Source: Candidatus Thorarchaeota archaeon
Lineage (GTDB): Archaea; Asgardarchaeota; Thorarchaeia; Thorarchaeales; Thorarchaeaceae
DNA length: 64,000 bases
Direction of reading: 5' to 3'
Assembly (NCBI GenBank): GCA_046482545.1
Contig: JAWOEX010000021.1
Location: 160,001-224,000 of the forward strand
Position numbers and translations under genes: made by a program. Positions 9,181 to 18,240 of this stretch are shown piece after piece. The notes under the pieces were generated by a model that was given only the letters and a program-made list of their open reading frames with translations, was not told the origin of the DNA and made no database searches. Each line of letters opens with the position of its first letter. The first letter of the stretch is position 1.

Positions 9181-11097
9181 GTGACTGAGATGAAGGGCAA
9201 GAGCTCAAACCCATGGGAATCAGCACTTGATACAGTTATTGAAATTATCACCAGAGTTACCGGTTTACCGGCTAGTGAAGTGAGAAGATCGATAGAGATA
9301 CCTCCTAATCCAAAAATGGGTGATTTGGCTTCTACGGTCGCGTTTGTTCTTGCCAAGAAAGAACACAAAAATCCCGCTGAGATAGTCACCGACCTAGGTG
9401 AAAAGATAGAACAAGAAATCGCTCAAGAGTCTTTGATTGAACGAGTTGAGACAACTGGACCGTATGCGAATTTCTTCTTTGATAACAGCAAGTTCGCAGC
9501 ATTAACAATGGAGGAAGTTCAAGAAGCAGACACCCAGTATGGTATGTCCGACAAGTATTTGGGACAGCGAGCCATGATTGAATCTCCAGCTGTGAATCCA
9601 TCCAAGCCCTGGCATATCGGTCACGCTCGCAATGCAGTTCTCGGTGATACGCTTGGCAAAGTGTTGAAGGCAGTAGGATATGATGTAATTCACCTTGATT
9701 ACATCAATGATTTGGGTTTGCAGATAGCGCAGCTCACTTGGAAACTCCAAGAGATGGATGAGATTGAACCGGAAGAGAAGTATGACCATTTCCTAGGCAA
9801 GCTGTATGTGGAAGTTCAGAAAGCGTTTGAAGAGAATGCGGATGTGGAGAGGCAGGTACGGGATATCTCTAAACAGCTAGAAGATAGAGACTCAGAAGCA
9901 TCAAACAATAGTCTGCAAATCGTTCTCCGCTGTACAAAGGCACAAAATAAAACAGCATACAGACTTGGTATTTACAAAGATTACAAGATTCTTGAGAGTA
10001 CCATCGCCCACAGTGGTTTGTTAGATACCGCCAAGGAAATGATGCTGAAAAGCGAGAGTATCATGAAATTGGAGGACGGGGATAAAGCAGGGTGTATTGT
10101 TGCCAAACTCGACACCATTGAAGAGTTCGCAGATATGAAGGATCCATACAAGGTTCTTTTCCGTTCTGATGGCACACGAACATATACGGGTGCGGATGTA
10201 GCTTTCCAGATGTGGAAATTTGGTATTGTTGATGATCCATTCAAGTATGTAACATTGGAAGAACAACCAAATGGGGAGTGTGTATACAGAACATCTTTCG
10301 AAGGCGAAGATAAGGAAATCGGAGATGTGGACTTGGTGTTCAATGTAATTGGGTCCGCACAATCTCATCCCCAGCGGCTCATATACACCATTCTACACCT
10401 CCTCGGCTATGAAAAGGAAGCCAGGAATTCCCATCATGTTGCCTATGAGTTCGTAGGATTGGAAGGTGCTGATTTCTCTGGACGTAAGGGTACATGGATA
10501 GGGTATACTTGTGACGATATCCTTGACAAGACAACAAGTCTTGCACTAGAAGAGGTTGAGAAACGTAACCCTGATGAAACCGATGACTTCAAGCAGGAAG
10601 TTGCTGCACAGGTGGGAACTGGTGCTGTAAGGTACCTCTTGTTGAAAGCTTCCCCCGACAGGAGAATAACTTTTCGCTACGAAGACGCCTTGGACTTCAA
10701 TGGCGATGCGGCACCCTATCTACAGTATTCCCATGCACGGGCCAAGAGAATTCTTGAGAAAGCAAAGCAGGTTAGCACAAATGAAGTGGACTACAGCGGG
10801 CTTACATCTCCTCATGAATTGGCTTTGGTTAAGAAAATCGCCAAATTACCTGACGTGGTGCTCAGCGTAGTAGACGGTATGAAGAAGGAGGTGTGGGGAA
10901 CTACCTTTCAGACCAATATGATTGCGACCTATGCCTATGAGTTGGCCAATAGGTTCAGTAAATTCTATGATACGTGTCCGGTTCTCCAAGCGCCTGCAAA
11001 GACCAAAAGTGCGCGACTTATGCTGGTTGCCGCTTTCAAGATAACCATGGCTAATACGCTCAGGCTACTCGGGATACCTGTAATCGACAAAATGTAG
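9181..11097 (+). CDS. argS: Arginyl-tRNA synthetase
   Basis: 'NPSKPWHIGHARN' HIGH motif, 'RSDGTRTY', 'FSGRKG', 'PYLQYSHARA', C-terminal DALR-like domain. Confidence 0.95.
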   Translation: MTEMKGKSSNPWESALDTVIEIITRVTGLPASEVRRSIEIPPNPKMGDLASTVAFVLAKKEHKNPAEIVTDLGEKIEQEIAQESLIERVETTGPYANFFFDNSKFAALTMEEVQEADTQYGMSDKYLGQRAMIESPAVNPSKPWHIGHARNAVLGDTLGKVLKAVGYDVIHLDYINDLGLQIAQLTWKLQEMDEIEPEEKYDHFLGKLYVEVQKAFEENADVERQVRDISKQLEDRDSEASNNSLQIVLRCTKAQNKTAYRLGIYKDYKILESTIAHSGLLDTAKEMMLKSESIMKLEDGDKAGCIVAKLDTIEEFADMKDPYKVLFRSDGTRTYTGADVAFQMWKFGIVDDPFKYVTLEEQPNGECVYRTSFEGEDKEIGDVDLVFNVIGSAQSHPQRLIYTILHLLGYEKEARNSHHVAYEFVGLEGADFSGRKGTWIGYTCDDILDKTTSLALEEVEKRNPDETDDFKQEVAAQVGTGAVRYLLLKASPDRRITFRYEDALDFNGDAAPYLQYSHARAKRILEKAKQVSTNEVDYSGLTSPHELALVKKIAKLPDVVLSVVDGMKKEVWGTTFQTNMIATYAYELANRFSKFYDTCPVLQAPAKTKSARLMLVAAFKITMANTLRLLGIPVIDKM

Positions 11098-12447
11098 TCA
11101 ACCAGAAGTGATTCGCACGTTATCTATGACAATTGATGGCGAGACCACAGACATTGTAGTTCTCACATCCTCGCCAACGTTACTTACCCGTGAAAGCAAA
11201 TCGCGCATGTTAATTCCAATAAGGGTGTTCTTGACGGGGTGTTTAATCTCGCCCTGCTCCACATAGAAGCCTTCCATAATCATCGCGCTGAGCTCTCCCG
11301 TAGTCATGTTAGGTCGATCTGCAGTATTCCGGCACACAATAGCTCGATCCATTTCTGAAATAAAATCCTTTAGTGAGTGTCTATCAGGCTCAATTATGAA
11401 ATTGGTTGTTGAAATTGATGGCGTTCCTGAGTAAGAGCTCCTAGAAGCGTTTGCAGTATTCTCTACACCCTCCCTACTGGCAGTATACGAATTGTGAAGG
11501 TGACTTTTCAACACACCATCAGATAAAATAACGGTCTTTCGGGATGGTACGCCTTCAGCATCAAATGGGCGACTGCTTATGCCCCTCGGGATTGTCGCAT
11601 CATCAACGATGGAAATCTTTTCGGATGCGATTTGGTTTCCAATATCGTCACTTATGTAGGAACGCCCATCCTGTACTTCTTCCGCGTTCACAGCTCCACC
11701 AAAACCATATCCTATAACCCGTCCAACGGCCAGCGGTGTGAAAATAACAGGCATGTACCCTTCCTCAACCGTCTTTCCTCCCAATCCATCCAAGGCTGAC
11801 TTCCCGGCTGAGGAACCAACCCACTCGGGATTTATGTCATCTAGCGACCGGGATATTTGGTACTCATAGCTGGAATTCTGACCATTCTCAGACCTAACGG
11901 TGGGAGAACTGAACAGAAATGCAGCAGTAGATTCCTCAAAACCAGAGATGCCCAAGGAGTTCACGATTGCCCTCGAGAGAGAAGTTGCTGTAAAAGATGC
12001 CTCAACCGCTGTTCTAAACGGCTCTGTTGCCTCCAGAGAAGCATCAACAGCACGAATCAGATAATCAGCAGCTTCGTCTGGCATCAGCTCCTTGATGGAT
12101 GCATCGAAAACACCTTGGATAGTTGGGTAATCCTTGTCAAGGGCAGGCAGGGTCTCAAAGTCTGAATCGGGTAGTGATGCATGGGCAAGTGCAACAGATT
12201 CTTCGGCTATCTCACGGATATCAGCAGTGTCCAGATTTGTAACATAGGCGAATCCAACCCTCTTTCCAATTACTGATCTGATACCACAACCCATATCGCA
12301 ATCGTGGCTTGCTGCTTTAACAGAATTGTTCTCTACTTCAATCGAAACAGATTTAGAAGATGCCGTGTAGGCTTCGGCTTGATCAGCACCAAGCTTCTCA
12401 GCCAAGCTAACTGTGTCTTCAGCAATACGCACTAAATCTTCCTTCAG
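11098..12447 (-). CDS. tldE: TldE/PmbA family protein
   Basis: 'PFDAEGVP', 'NTANASR', 'EGFYVEQGEI'; no HEXXXH; directly downstream of tldD; probable CTG start after GGAGG (ORF open to 12534). Confidence 0.85.
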   Translation of the reverse strand: MKEDLVRIAEDTVSLAEKLGADQAEAYTASSKSVSIEVENNSVKAASHDCDMGCGIRSVIGKRVGFAYVTNLDTADIREIAEESVALAHASLPDSDFETLPALDKDYPTIQGVFDASIKELMPDEAADYLIRAVDASLEATEPFRTAVEASFTATSLSRAIVNSLGISGFEESTAAFLFSSPTVRSENGQNSSYEYQISRSLDDINPEWVGSSAGKSALDGLGGKTVEEGYMPVIFTPLAVGRVIGYGFGGAVNAEEVQDGRSYISDDIGNQIASEKISIVDDATIPRGISSRPFDAEGVPSRKTVILSDGVLKSHLHNSYTASREGVENTANASRSSYSGTPSISTTNFIIEPDRHSLKDFISEMDRAIVCRNTADRPNMTTGELSAMIMEGFYVEQGEIKHPVKNTLIGINMRDLLSRVSNVGEDVRTTMSVVSPSIVIDNVRITSG

Positions 12448-12449
12448 CT

Positions 12450-13835
12450 TTACATCCCTCCCACGGGTACTTTCCTTATTCGAGCATGTGGACCACCACT
12501 CATATCTGGCACCTTCTGCCCCGACTTCCCGCATGTCCCAGAATCCATTCTGAAATCATCACCAATAGCATCTATCTTGGGCAGAATATCGAGAATCTGT
12601 CCAGCGATGGATACATCGCGGACCATATCGCCAATTTCGCCATTTGTTATCTCGAATCCATGACTTGCCTGAAACATGAATTGTCCTTTAGCCGGGCTGG
12701 TGTATCCGTAATTGAAGCTGCACAGAAGAAGTCCTGTATCTGTATCCTCAACCATTTCATCAACGTTCCAATCTCCAGACTCCATGAAAGTATTGCTCAT
12801 TCGTGGCATCGGCGAGTACATGAACGACTGAGCCCGTGCAGCCCCATTTGGTGTCTTATCAAGTCGGGATGCAGTCTCCAAACTGTGGAGAAGCTCAGTC
12901 AGAAAACCGTCTTTGACAAGCGAGCGGCGGGTCGCTTTTGTCCCCTCCCAATCATAATCAAACGAGCCACGCATACCTGGCAATGTAGGATCATCAACTA
13001 TGTTTAGATTCTCAGGACCAACACGGTCACCTAATTTACCTTCCAATACTGTAGTATGCGCTGGCCAATTGTCAGCCTCACAAGCATGCCCAAAGGCTTC
13101 ATGAATCATGACCCCATTGAGAATAGGATCAAGAATGACATCATACACACCACCCTGAACAGCCGTCGATCTCAACATTTCCACGGCGAGCTCGGCGGTT
13201 TTGGTCCCGATGGTTTGAGGATATTCGTTCTCCAATTCCTCAAAGCCGCCACGACCACCATACGACTTGAAAGCGGTCCGCCGATCACCGTTCTCTTTTG
13301 CGGTCACAGAGGATATAACCCGAGGGAGGCTATTACCGAACGTAACACTGGTACCAAATGAATTTGCAACATGTAGGACACAATTGAAGTCACCATATAC
13401 TGCTCGTGAATTCACGATACGTTCATCATAATCATGAGCTTGTTTATCGATCCGTCTAGCAAGATCCACCTTTTCCGCGATAGGAGTTTCCCGGATATCT
13501 TTGGTGACTTTCATTATACACCTGTCTTGGTAGGTTGGACCATCAAGCTCAAACTTCTCAGATGCACGTTCTTCGATTGCTAGGGCCAGTTCAGCGACAC
13601 TTTTGCCACGCTCGCGCATAGTATTCGCCGTCATTCTGTTTTCCTGACCAAAAGCCCAAGCACCGTTCTTGAATGCCCTAATGCCAGCTCCACGGTTTCG
13701 TGATGTTGCAGATTTCTTTGTTACCCCATTGCTTATTTCAATAGTAGTTAGATGTGAGTCTTCTACTCTCACATCGGCAAAATCGGCTCCCACCTCGAGA
13801 GCAGCCTCAATAGCTTCGCGGGCCAAGTGCTCCAT
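12450..13835 (-). CDS. tldD: TldD family metalloprotease
   Basis: 'IHEAFGHACEAD', 'YDWEG', 'PRMSNT', 'GTCGKSGQKVP'. Confidence 0.9.
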   Translation of the reverse strand: MEHLAREAIEAALEVGADFADVRVEDSHLTTIEISNGVTKKSATSRNRGAGIRAFKNGAWAFGQENRMTANTMRERGKSVAELALAIEERASEKFELDGPTYQDRCIMKVTKDIRETPIAEKVDLARRIDKQAHDYDERIVNSRAVYGDFNCVLHVANSFGTSVTFGNSLPRVISSVTAKENGDRRTAFKSYGGRGGFEELENEYPQTIGTKTAELAVEMLRSTAVQGGVYDVILDPILNGVMIHEAFGHACEADNWPAHTTVLEGKLGDRVGPENLNIVDDPTLPGMRGSFDYDWEGTKATRRSLVKDGFLTELLHSLETASRLDKTPNGAARAQSFMYSPMPRMSNTFMESGDWNVDEMVEDTDTGLLLCSFNYGYTSPAKGQFMFQASHGFEITNGEIGDMVRDVSIAGQILDILPKIDAIGDDFRMDSGTCGKSGQKVPDMSGGPHARIRKVPVGGM

Positions 13836-13943
13836 ACGAGTCCCTCCTTATTTCAGCATTATAACTGATATGGAGTAGCAACCTCAGACCGGCTATTACT
13901 CTCGTGATACAACGGTATTTCTTGTATTTATGGCTCTGTAATA

Positions 13944-15539
13944 GTGCCACATGACCATGGAGGCCAGTTATTGAATCAAGAGACACAACCGCCTAGTTGC
14001 GAGAATTGTAGTACTGCAGAAGCCTCTCATATGTGTAAGGATTGTGGAGCGGCCATCTGTGCTGACTGCATTGAGACTGATAGCACAGAATACATTGTAT
14101 GTAGTGAATGCCATCATACAGTCAGTAGCGAGGATTCTGAGGAACAGCCAACTGAATGCCCAGAATGTGACTCTGATAATCTGAGCAAGGGGAGACGAAT
14201 GATTGAACGTTGCCCTCACTGTCACTCCACCCGACTTGTGCTCATTGAGAAACGGAGAGGAGAATTATCCAGGGAAATACGCAAATCAGTCATGACGCTT
14301 CAGTATGGTCACACCAAGCTCCGCGAGTTTGGTAGTAAATTGGACAAAGCCAAGAGAGATCTCGTATCGCTTCGAATGGCAAATTTTCTTCATTACAAGT
14401 GGCTTGAAAGTAAAATCGAACAGATTCACGAGGAAATGCCAGCCATAAAGAGAAGGATTGGAAACAAGGCAGAACTTGTTGCAAAGCAAATAGCAGCAGA
14501 GACCAAAGGACTGATGGTTTCAGAAAGCTGGAGTCCATCCCAGTTTCCCTTTATCGAAGGAGTGAGCAACAGGATTAGGGAGTTGGGAAACGGCTACAAA
14601 CACAGCGTAGATGAAGCATTGGACAAGGCAACAAGCATCTTGAAAGAAGTAAATACACAAATAGATGGTCTCAACTACTACAGAAAAAGATTCAGTAGCT
14701 TCTATGAGAACGCAGATCTTTCGGTCAAGGAATTGCCTGTATGTGCACTTCCCGAGATTAAGCTGGCTGGAAGTGACTTTCTGAAAAATGACAAAGCATG
14801 TGGCACTCTGTACATGACCAACAAACGCTTGGTATTCATCGCAGAAACTGGACATATTCGAAAGAGCATGGAAGTCATTTTCGATTTTCCCCTTGTCTAT
14901 CACACAGGATTCTCGGAAGAGGGACGACTAAGAAAGAGAATGGTAATGAAACTCAAGCAAGGTGATATCAAATTCGAATGTTCAGAACAAACCGAGAAAG
15001 TTCTTCCTGATTATATCCAGATAGCAAAACAATTCGATAGGTATGTACAAACCGACTTGGAACGGGTGCGCAAACTGGAACAACAGAAAACCAATTCTGG
15101 TGAAGTCAGATTAAAAATTGAAAGACTGGTCTACCAGCTGCTCTCCGGGAGGAGAGGTGTACAGCGCAAAGCAGAATTGAAAGATGTAACTCCGAGACAG
15201 CCACGGATTTCTTCTGGTTTTAACACAATTCGAAAGAGCTATGAGGATCGCATGAATCAAGACGATAGCGAAATAACCGATTATAGAGTAGAAGACGATT
15301 TCTTTGGCAGACTGCAAGGACAGTATCATGAATCTCGGAATAGCCGTAGAGAGAACAGGTATCAAACTCCCCCCAGTAACTTCAACGAGAAGATAAGGGA
15401 AACCATCAAAATGTTACGCAATGGACAGATAGTTCCTGAGAATTTCATAAGAAGATACAGGAGTCTTATGCGCGAGTCTTACGAGGATAGACACGGTATC
15501 CAGTCAAGAAGCTCAGATAGAGATTCTTTCAATTGGTAA
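13944..15539 (+). CDS. Zn-finger / coiled-coil / GRAM-PH-like / steadiness-box protein (candidate ESCRT-I Vps23/37-like subunit)
   Basis: Six CxxC pairs at the N-terminus; heptad-rich region; 'GTLYMTNKRLVF' GRAM/GLUE-like motif; C-terminal 'KIRETIKMLRNGQIVPENFIRRYRSLMRESY'; adjacent to ESCRT genes. Confidence 0.6.
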   Translation: MPHDHGGQLLNQETQPPSCENCSTAEASHMCKDCGAAICADCIETDSTEYIVCSECHHTVSSEDSEEQPTECPECDSDNLSKGRRMIERCPHCHSTRLVLIEKRRGELSREIRKSVMTLQYGHTKLREFGSKLDKAKRDLVSLRMANFLHYKWLESKIEQIHEEMPAIKRRIGNKAELVAKQIAAETKGLMVSESWSPSQFPFIEGVSNRIRELGNGYKHSVDEALDKATSILKEVNTQIDGLNYYRKRFSSFYENADLSVKELPVCALPEIKLAGSDFLKNDKACGTLYMTNKRLVFIAETGHIRKSMEVIFDFPLVYHTGFSEEGRLRKRMVMKLKQGDIKFECSEQTEKVLPDYIQIAKQFDRYVQTDLERVRKLEQQKTNSGEVRLKIERLVYQLLSGRRGVQRKAELKDVTPRQPRISSGFNTIRKSYEDRMNQDDSEITDYRVEDDFFGRLQGQYHESRNSRRENRYQTPPSNFNEKIRETIKMLRNGQIVPENFIRRYRSLMRESYEDRHGIQSRSSDRDSFNW

Positions 15540-15540
15540 A

Positions 15541-16167
15541 TCATATACCGAGCTCGTTCTCTAGACTTTGAATAGCTCGCTCCAGCTTATCGATTTCGGT
15601 TACCTCTCTGGTAGCAGTCCTTGTCTCCTCCATTCCTGCTGCACGATCTATTTCTTCGAACGCAGCTGTTAATTCATCCGAGCTTTCAGAACCGTCCACT
15701 GAATATCCGAGAGCATCCTCAGAAATCTGGGTTTCAATCTCGTATTCCTCGATACGTCTGGAAATCTCGTCGGTATGTTCTATGACCTCCGATACATCAG
15801 ATTCTTCACCAAGAATTTCAAGAACCTTCGATACGTCAGCCAGAGCATGATTTGCCTTTGCGTTGGTCTGTGCTCTAGTTAGATGAGCGAGTAGACGAAG
15901 CATTTGAAGGCGTGACTTCTCTACCGAAAGAACATATTTTCGAAATCGAACCATTTCTTTTGTATATGTTCGATACGCTTGTGTCCTCCCTTCTTTACGT
16001 GCCGTGATAGCTCTAGATTTGGTTTTTCGTTCCTCTATTTCTAGTTTATTCCGTTGACGCTCAAGTTGCTTGGCCATCACCCTAAGATCGCTTTTCACTT
16101 CAGCGATATTCGGCTTGTGTCGTCCCCAAGATAGCGCCTTCCTCACGGAATCGAGAACTCTAACCAT
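15541..16167 (-). CDS. ESCRT-III Snf7-family protein, Vps2/24/46 (CHMP1-3) class
   Basis: Basic N-terminal helical hairpin 'LRVMAKQLERQRNKLEIEERKTKSRAITARKEG', acidic C half, MIM1-like tail 'DKLERAIQSLE'; ATG 16167 with GTGAT RBS. Confidence 0.85.
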   Translation of the reverse strand: MVRVLDSVRKALSWGRHKPNIAEVKSDLRVMAKQLERQRNKLEIEERKTKSRAITARKEGRTQAYRTYTKEMVRFRKYVLSVEKSRLQMLRLLAHLTRAQTNAKANHALADVSKVLEILGEESDVSEVIEHTDEISRRIEEYEIETQISEDALGYSVDGSESSDELTAAFEEIDRAAGMEETRTATREVTEIDKLERAIQSLENELGI

Positions 16168-16318
16168 GGCTATCACAGGAGTTTCCATTATACCATTTTT
16201 AACACCATGTAACACGCACCTTGTCAAGAATAGAAATCGAAAGCCCATTCTCCCATTGGATTCCTAAGGTCATACATGGTTTAAAGAATGGTCTGGACCA
16301 TTCTCCAGTTGAGTTCCT

Positions 16319-17545
16319 ATGCCAAATGATGCAAGTACCATAGATGAAGGCCTCAAGCAGTTACTTGAGACCGCGGTGGATCTAGATTCCAAGGGTATGC
16401 TCAAGGAAGCAAGTGAATACTACCTGAGCGGCAGCAAGGTCCTCCTCAAACTTGCAAAAGGATCTTCTCTTCCTAGCATTCGTAAACATTACTATGAACG
16501 GGCTCAGGAATGTGTACAAAGGGTTCGAGAAATCTCAGGTATCAATGAGAATTCTAGAAACCAAGATGCAAGAAGCATATCTCATCCCCCAAGAAATACC
16601 AAGGGTGAAGACATAACAAAACCATCGCGTAGATCTGCAGAAGAGGGTGACGAAGAAACGGGAAAGCTACGGGAGATGATAAGGAGAACAATTACAACCA
16701 GAAAGCCCAATGTGGCAATGTCAGATGTTGCAGGGCTTGATGATGTGAAGAATACCATTCATGATGCTGTAGTCACACCAATAAAGCATCCCGAGCTGTT
16801 TAAGGGAAGAGCAAGACAACCATGGAAGGGAATCCTGCTCTATGGGCCTGCAGGATGTGGGAAAACTCTAATAGCTAAAGCAGTGGCAACAGAAGCTGAG
16901 GCCACATTCTTCAACGTATCTGCCGGGAACATGGTAAGCAAGTGGTTGGGCGAATCAGAACGCCTCGTGATGACTCTCTTTGAAATGGCAAGAGAAACTC
17001 AACCGTCGGTCATCTTCCTCGATGAGCTCGATTCCATAGGTGTGTCTCGGAGTGCAAGTGACTTGGGCGGCGAAAGAAGACTCAAGACGCAATTGCTCAC
17101 CGAATTGCAGGGTCTTTCCAACGACATCAATGAAAGAGTGACGCTGATAGGAGCCACAAATCTTCCGTGGGAGATTGATTTTGCCCTTCTATCAAGATTT
17201 GAGAAAAGAATTCATGTTCCGCTTCCTGATAAATCCACAAGAGAACGGATATTCGAAATCCACATGGAAGATATCGATATCACACCTGATGTCAACTATT
17301 CAGAACTAGCAGAATTAGCGAAAGGTTTCAGCGGACGAGATATTAGCGTGGCATGCAGAGAAGCCGCGATGGAACCAATTAGAGAATTGAAGGAACAAGG
17401 CAAGCTCAAAAAGGAGGAGACCATAACTGAAGTTCGTTCTGTAAACAGACGGGACTTCATTGAAGCCCTTCAAACAATAAAGCCCACCTCAAAACAAGAA
17501 CAGATCGAAAAATACTCTTCATGGGCGGAGGACTATAGCCGTTGA
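16319..17545 (+). CDS. vps4: Vps4 AAA+ ATPase with N-terminal MIT domain
   Basis: MIT 'AVDLDSKG...EASEYY...YYERAQE'; 'PWKGILLYGPAGCGKT', 'SKWLGESERLV', 'FLDELD', 'GATNLPWEID', 'RFEKRIHVPLP', 'GFSGRDI...EAAMEPIR'. Confidence 0.92.
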   Translation: MPNDASTIDEGLKQLLETAVDLDSKGMLKEASEYYLSGSKVLLKLAKGSSLPSIRKHYYERAQECVQRVREISGINENSRNQDARSISHPPRNTKGEDITKPSRRSAEEGDEETGKLREMIRRTITTRKPNVAMSDVAGLDDVKNTIHDAVVTPIKHPELFKGRARQPWKGILLYGPAGCGKTLIAKAVATEAEATFFNVSAGNMVSKWLGESERLVMTLFEMARETQPSVIFLDELDSIGVSRSASDLGGERRLKTQLLTELQGLSNDINERVTLIGATNLPWEIDFALLSRFEKRIHVPLPDKSTRERIFEIHMEDIDITPDVNYSELAELAKGFSGRDISVACREAAMEPIRELKEQGKLKKEETITEVRSVNRRDFIEALQTIKPTSKQEQIEKYSSWAEDYSR

Positions 17546-18240
17546 CTGTCAGAGAGAAGGCAAGGAAGAAAGAAGAAAAGGAAATTGAGGATAATACAAC
17601 CGTAGAAAAGGAACATGAAACTGCCACCTCATCACCGCTTTCAGATAATGAAACACAGATAAAACAAGTAGGAGCCCAAGAGTCTATAGATCGTGAGAAA
17701 GCTGAAACCAAAGTTGGTCAAAAGAGTCAGTCTTTGGAAACATTGATACCCGATTGGGGAACTTCCGAAAAAGCTGCCTGGATGTATTTACTACCTACAA
17801 CAGAAGAGGGGGTTAAAAGGTGGGCAAAGGACTGGACCGATTTCCTGATAGAGTGGGCAGACTATAACAATCGATATGTTTTCTCATTTTCAACGTTTAT
17901 CAGAGAGCCTCCCTTCTGTGAAATGCGCAACAAAAGGAAAGCTTTCTCCGAGATAGCTGAATCATTAATTCAACAAGGATTGGCTGAGTGGAGAGATGAT
18001 AGAAAGAGAAACCTTCAGCTGATGTGGAAGTCAAAGAAAGAGGTAGCAGATGATTTGTATGCGTGGGCTCTGAAGACGGGAACCATGCATCTTGACCTCA
18101 GGAGCATGGTGATAGAAGATAGCTTCGACTTTGGTGGATTGCCGCAAGAAGATATCAAAGAGATTTTTGATATAATTGTCCTGAGCGGAAGAGCTGAATG
18201 GGTAGATAAAGAGCGTGCCATGATTAAATTGAATACCTAA
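17542..18240 (+). CDS. vps25: ESCRT-II Vps25-like protein
   Basis: 'WTDFLIEWA', 'GLAEWRDDRKRNLQLMWKSKKEVADDLYAWALKTG' parallels the eukaryotic Vps25 'G.LEW.DK....LIMWR....W...IY.W...G'; 4-nt overlap with vps4. Confidence 0.85.
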   Translation: MTVREKARKKEEKEIEDNTTVEKEHETATSSPLSDNETQIKQVGAQESIDREKAETKVGQKSQSLETLIPDWGTSEKAAWMYLLPTTEEGVKRWAKDWTDFLIEWADYNNRYVFSFSTFIREPPFCEMRNKRKAFSEIAESLIQQGLAEWRDDRKRNLQLMWKSKKEVADDLYAWALKTGTMHLDLRSMVIEDSFDFGGLPQEDIKEIFDIIVLSGRAEWVDKERAMIKLNT

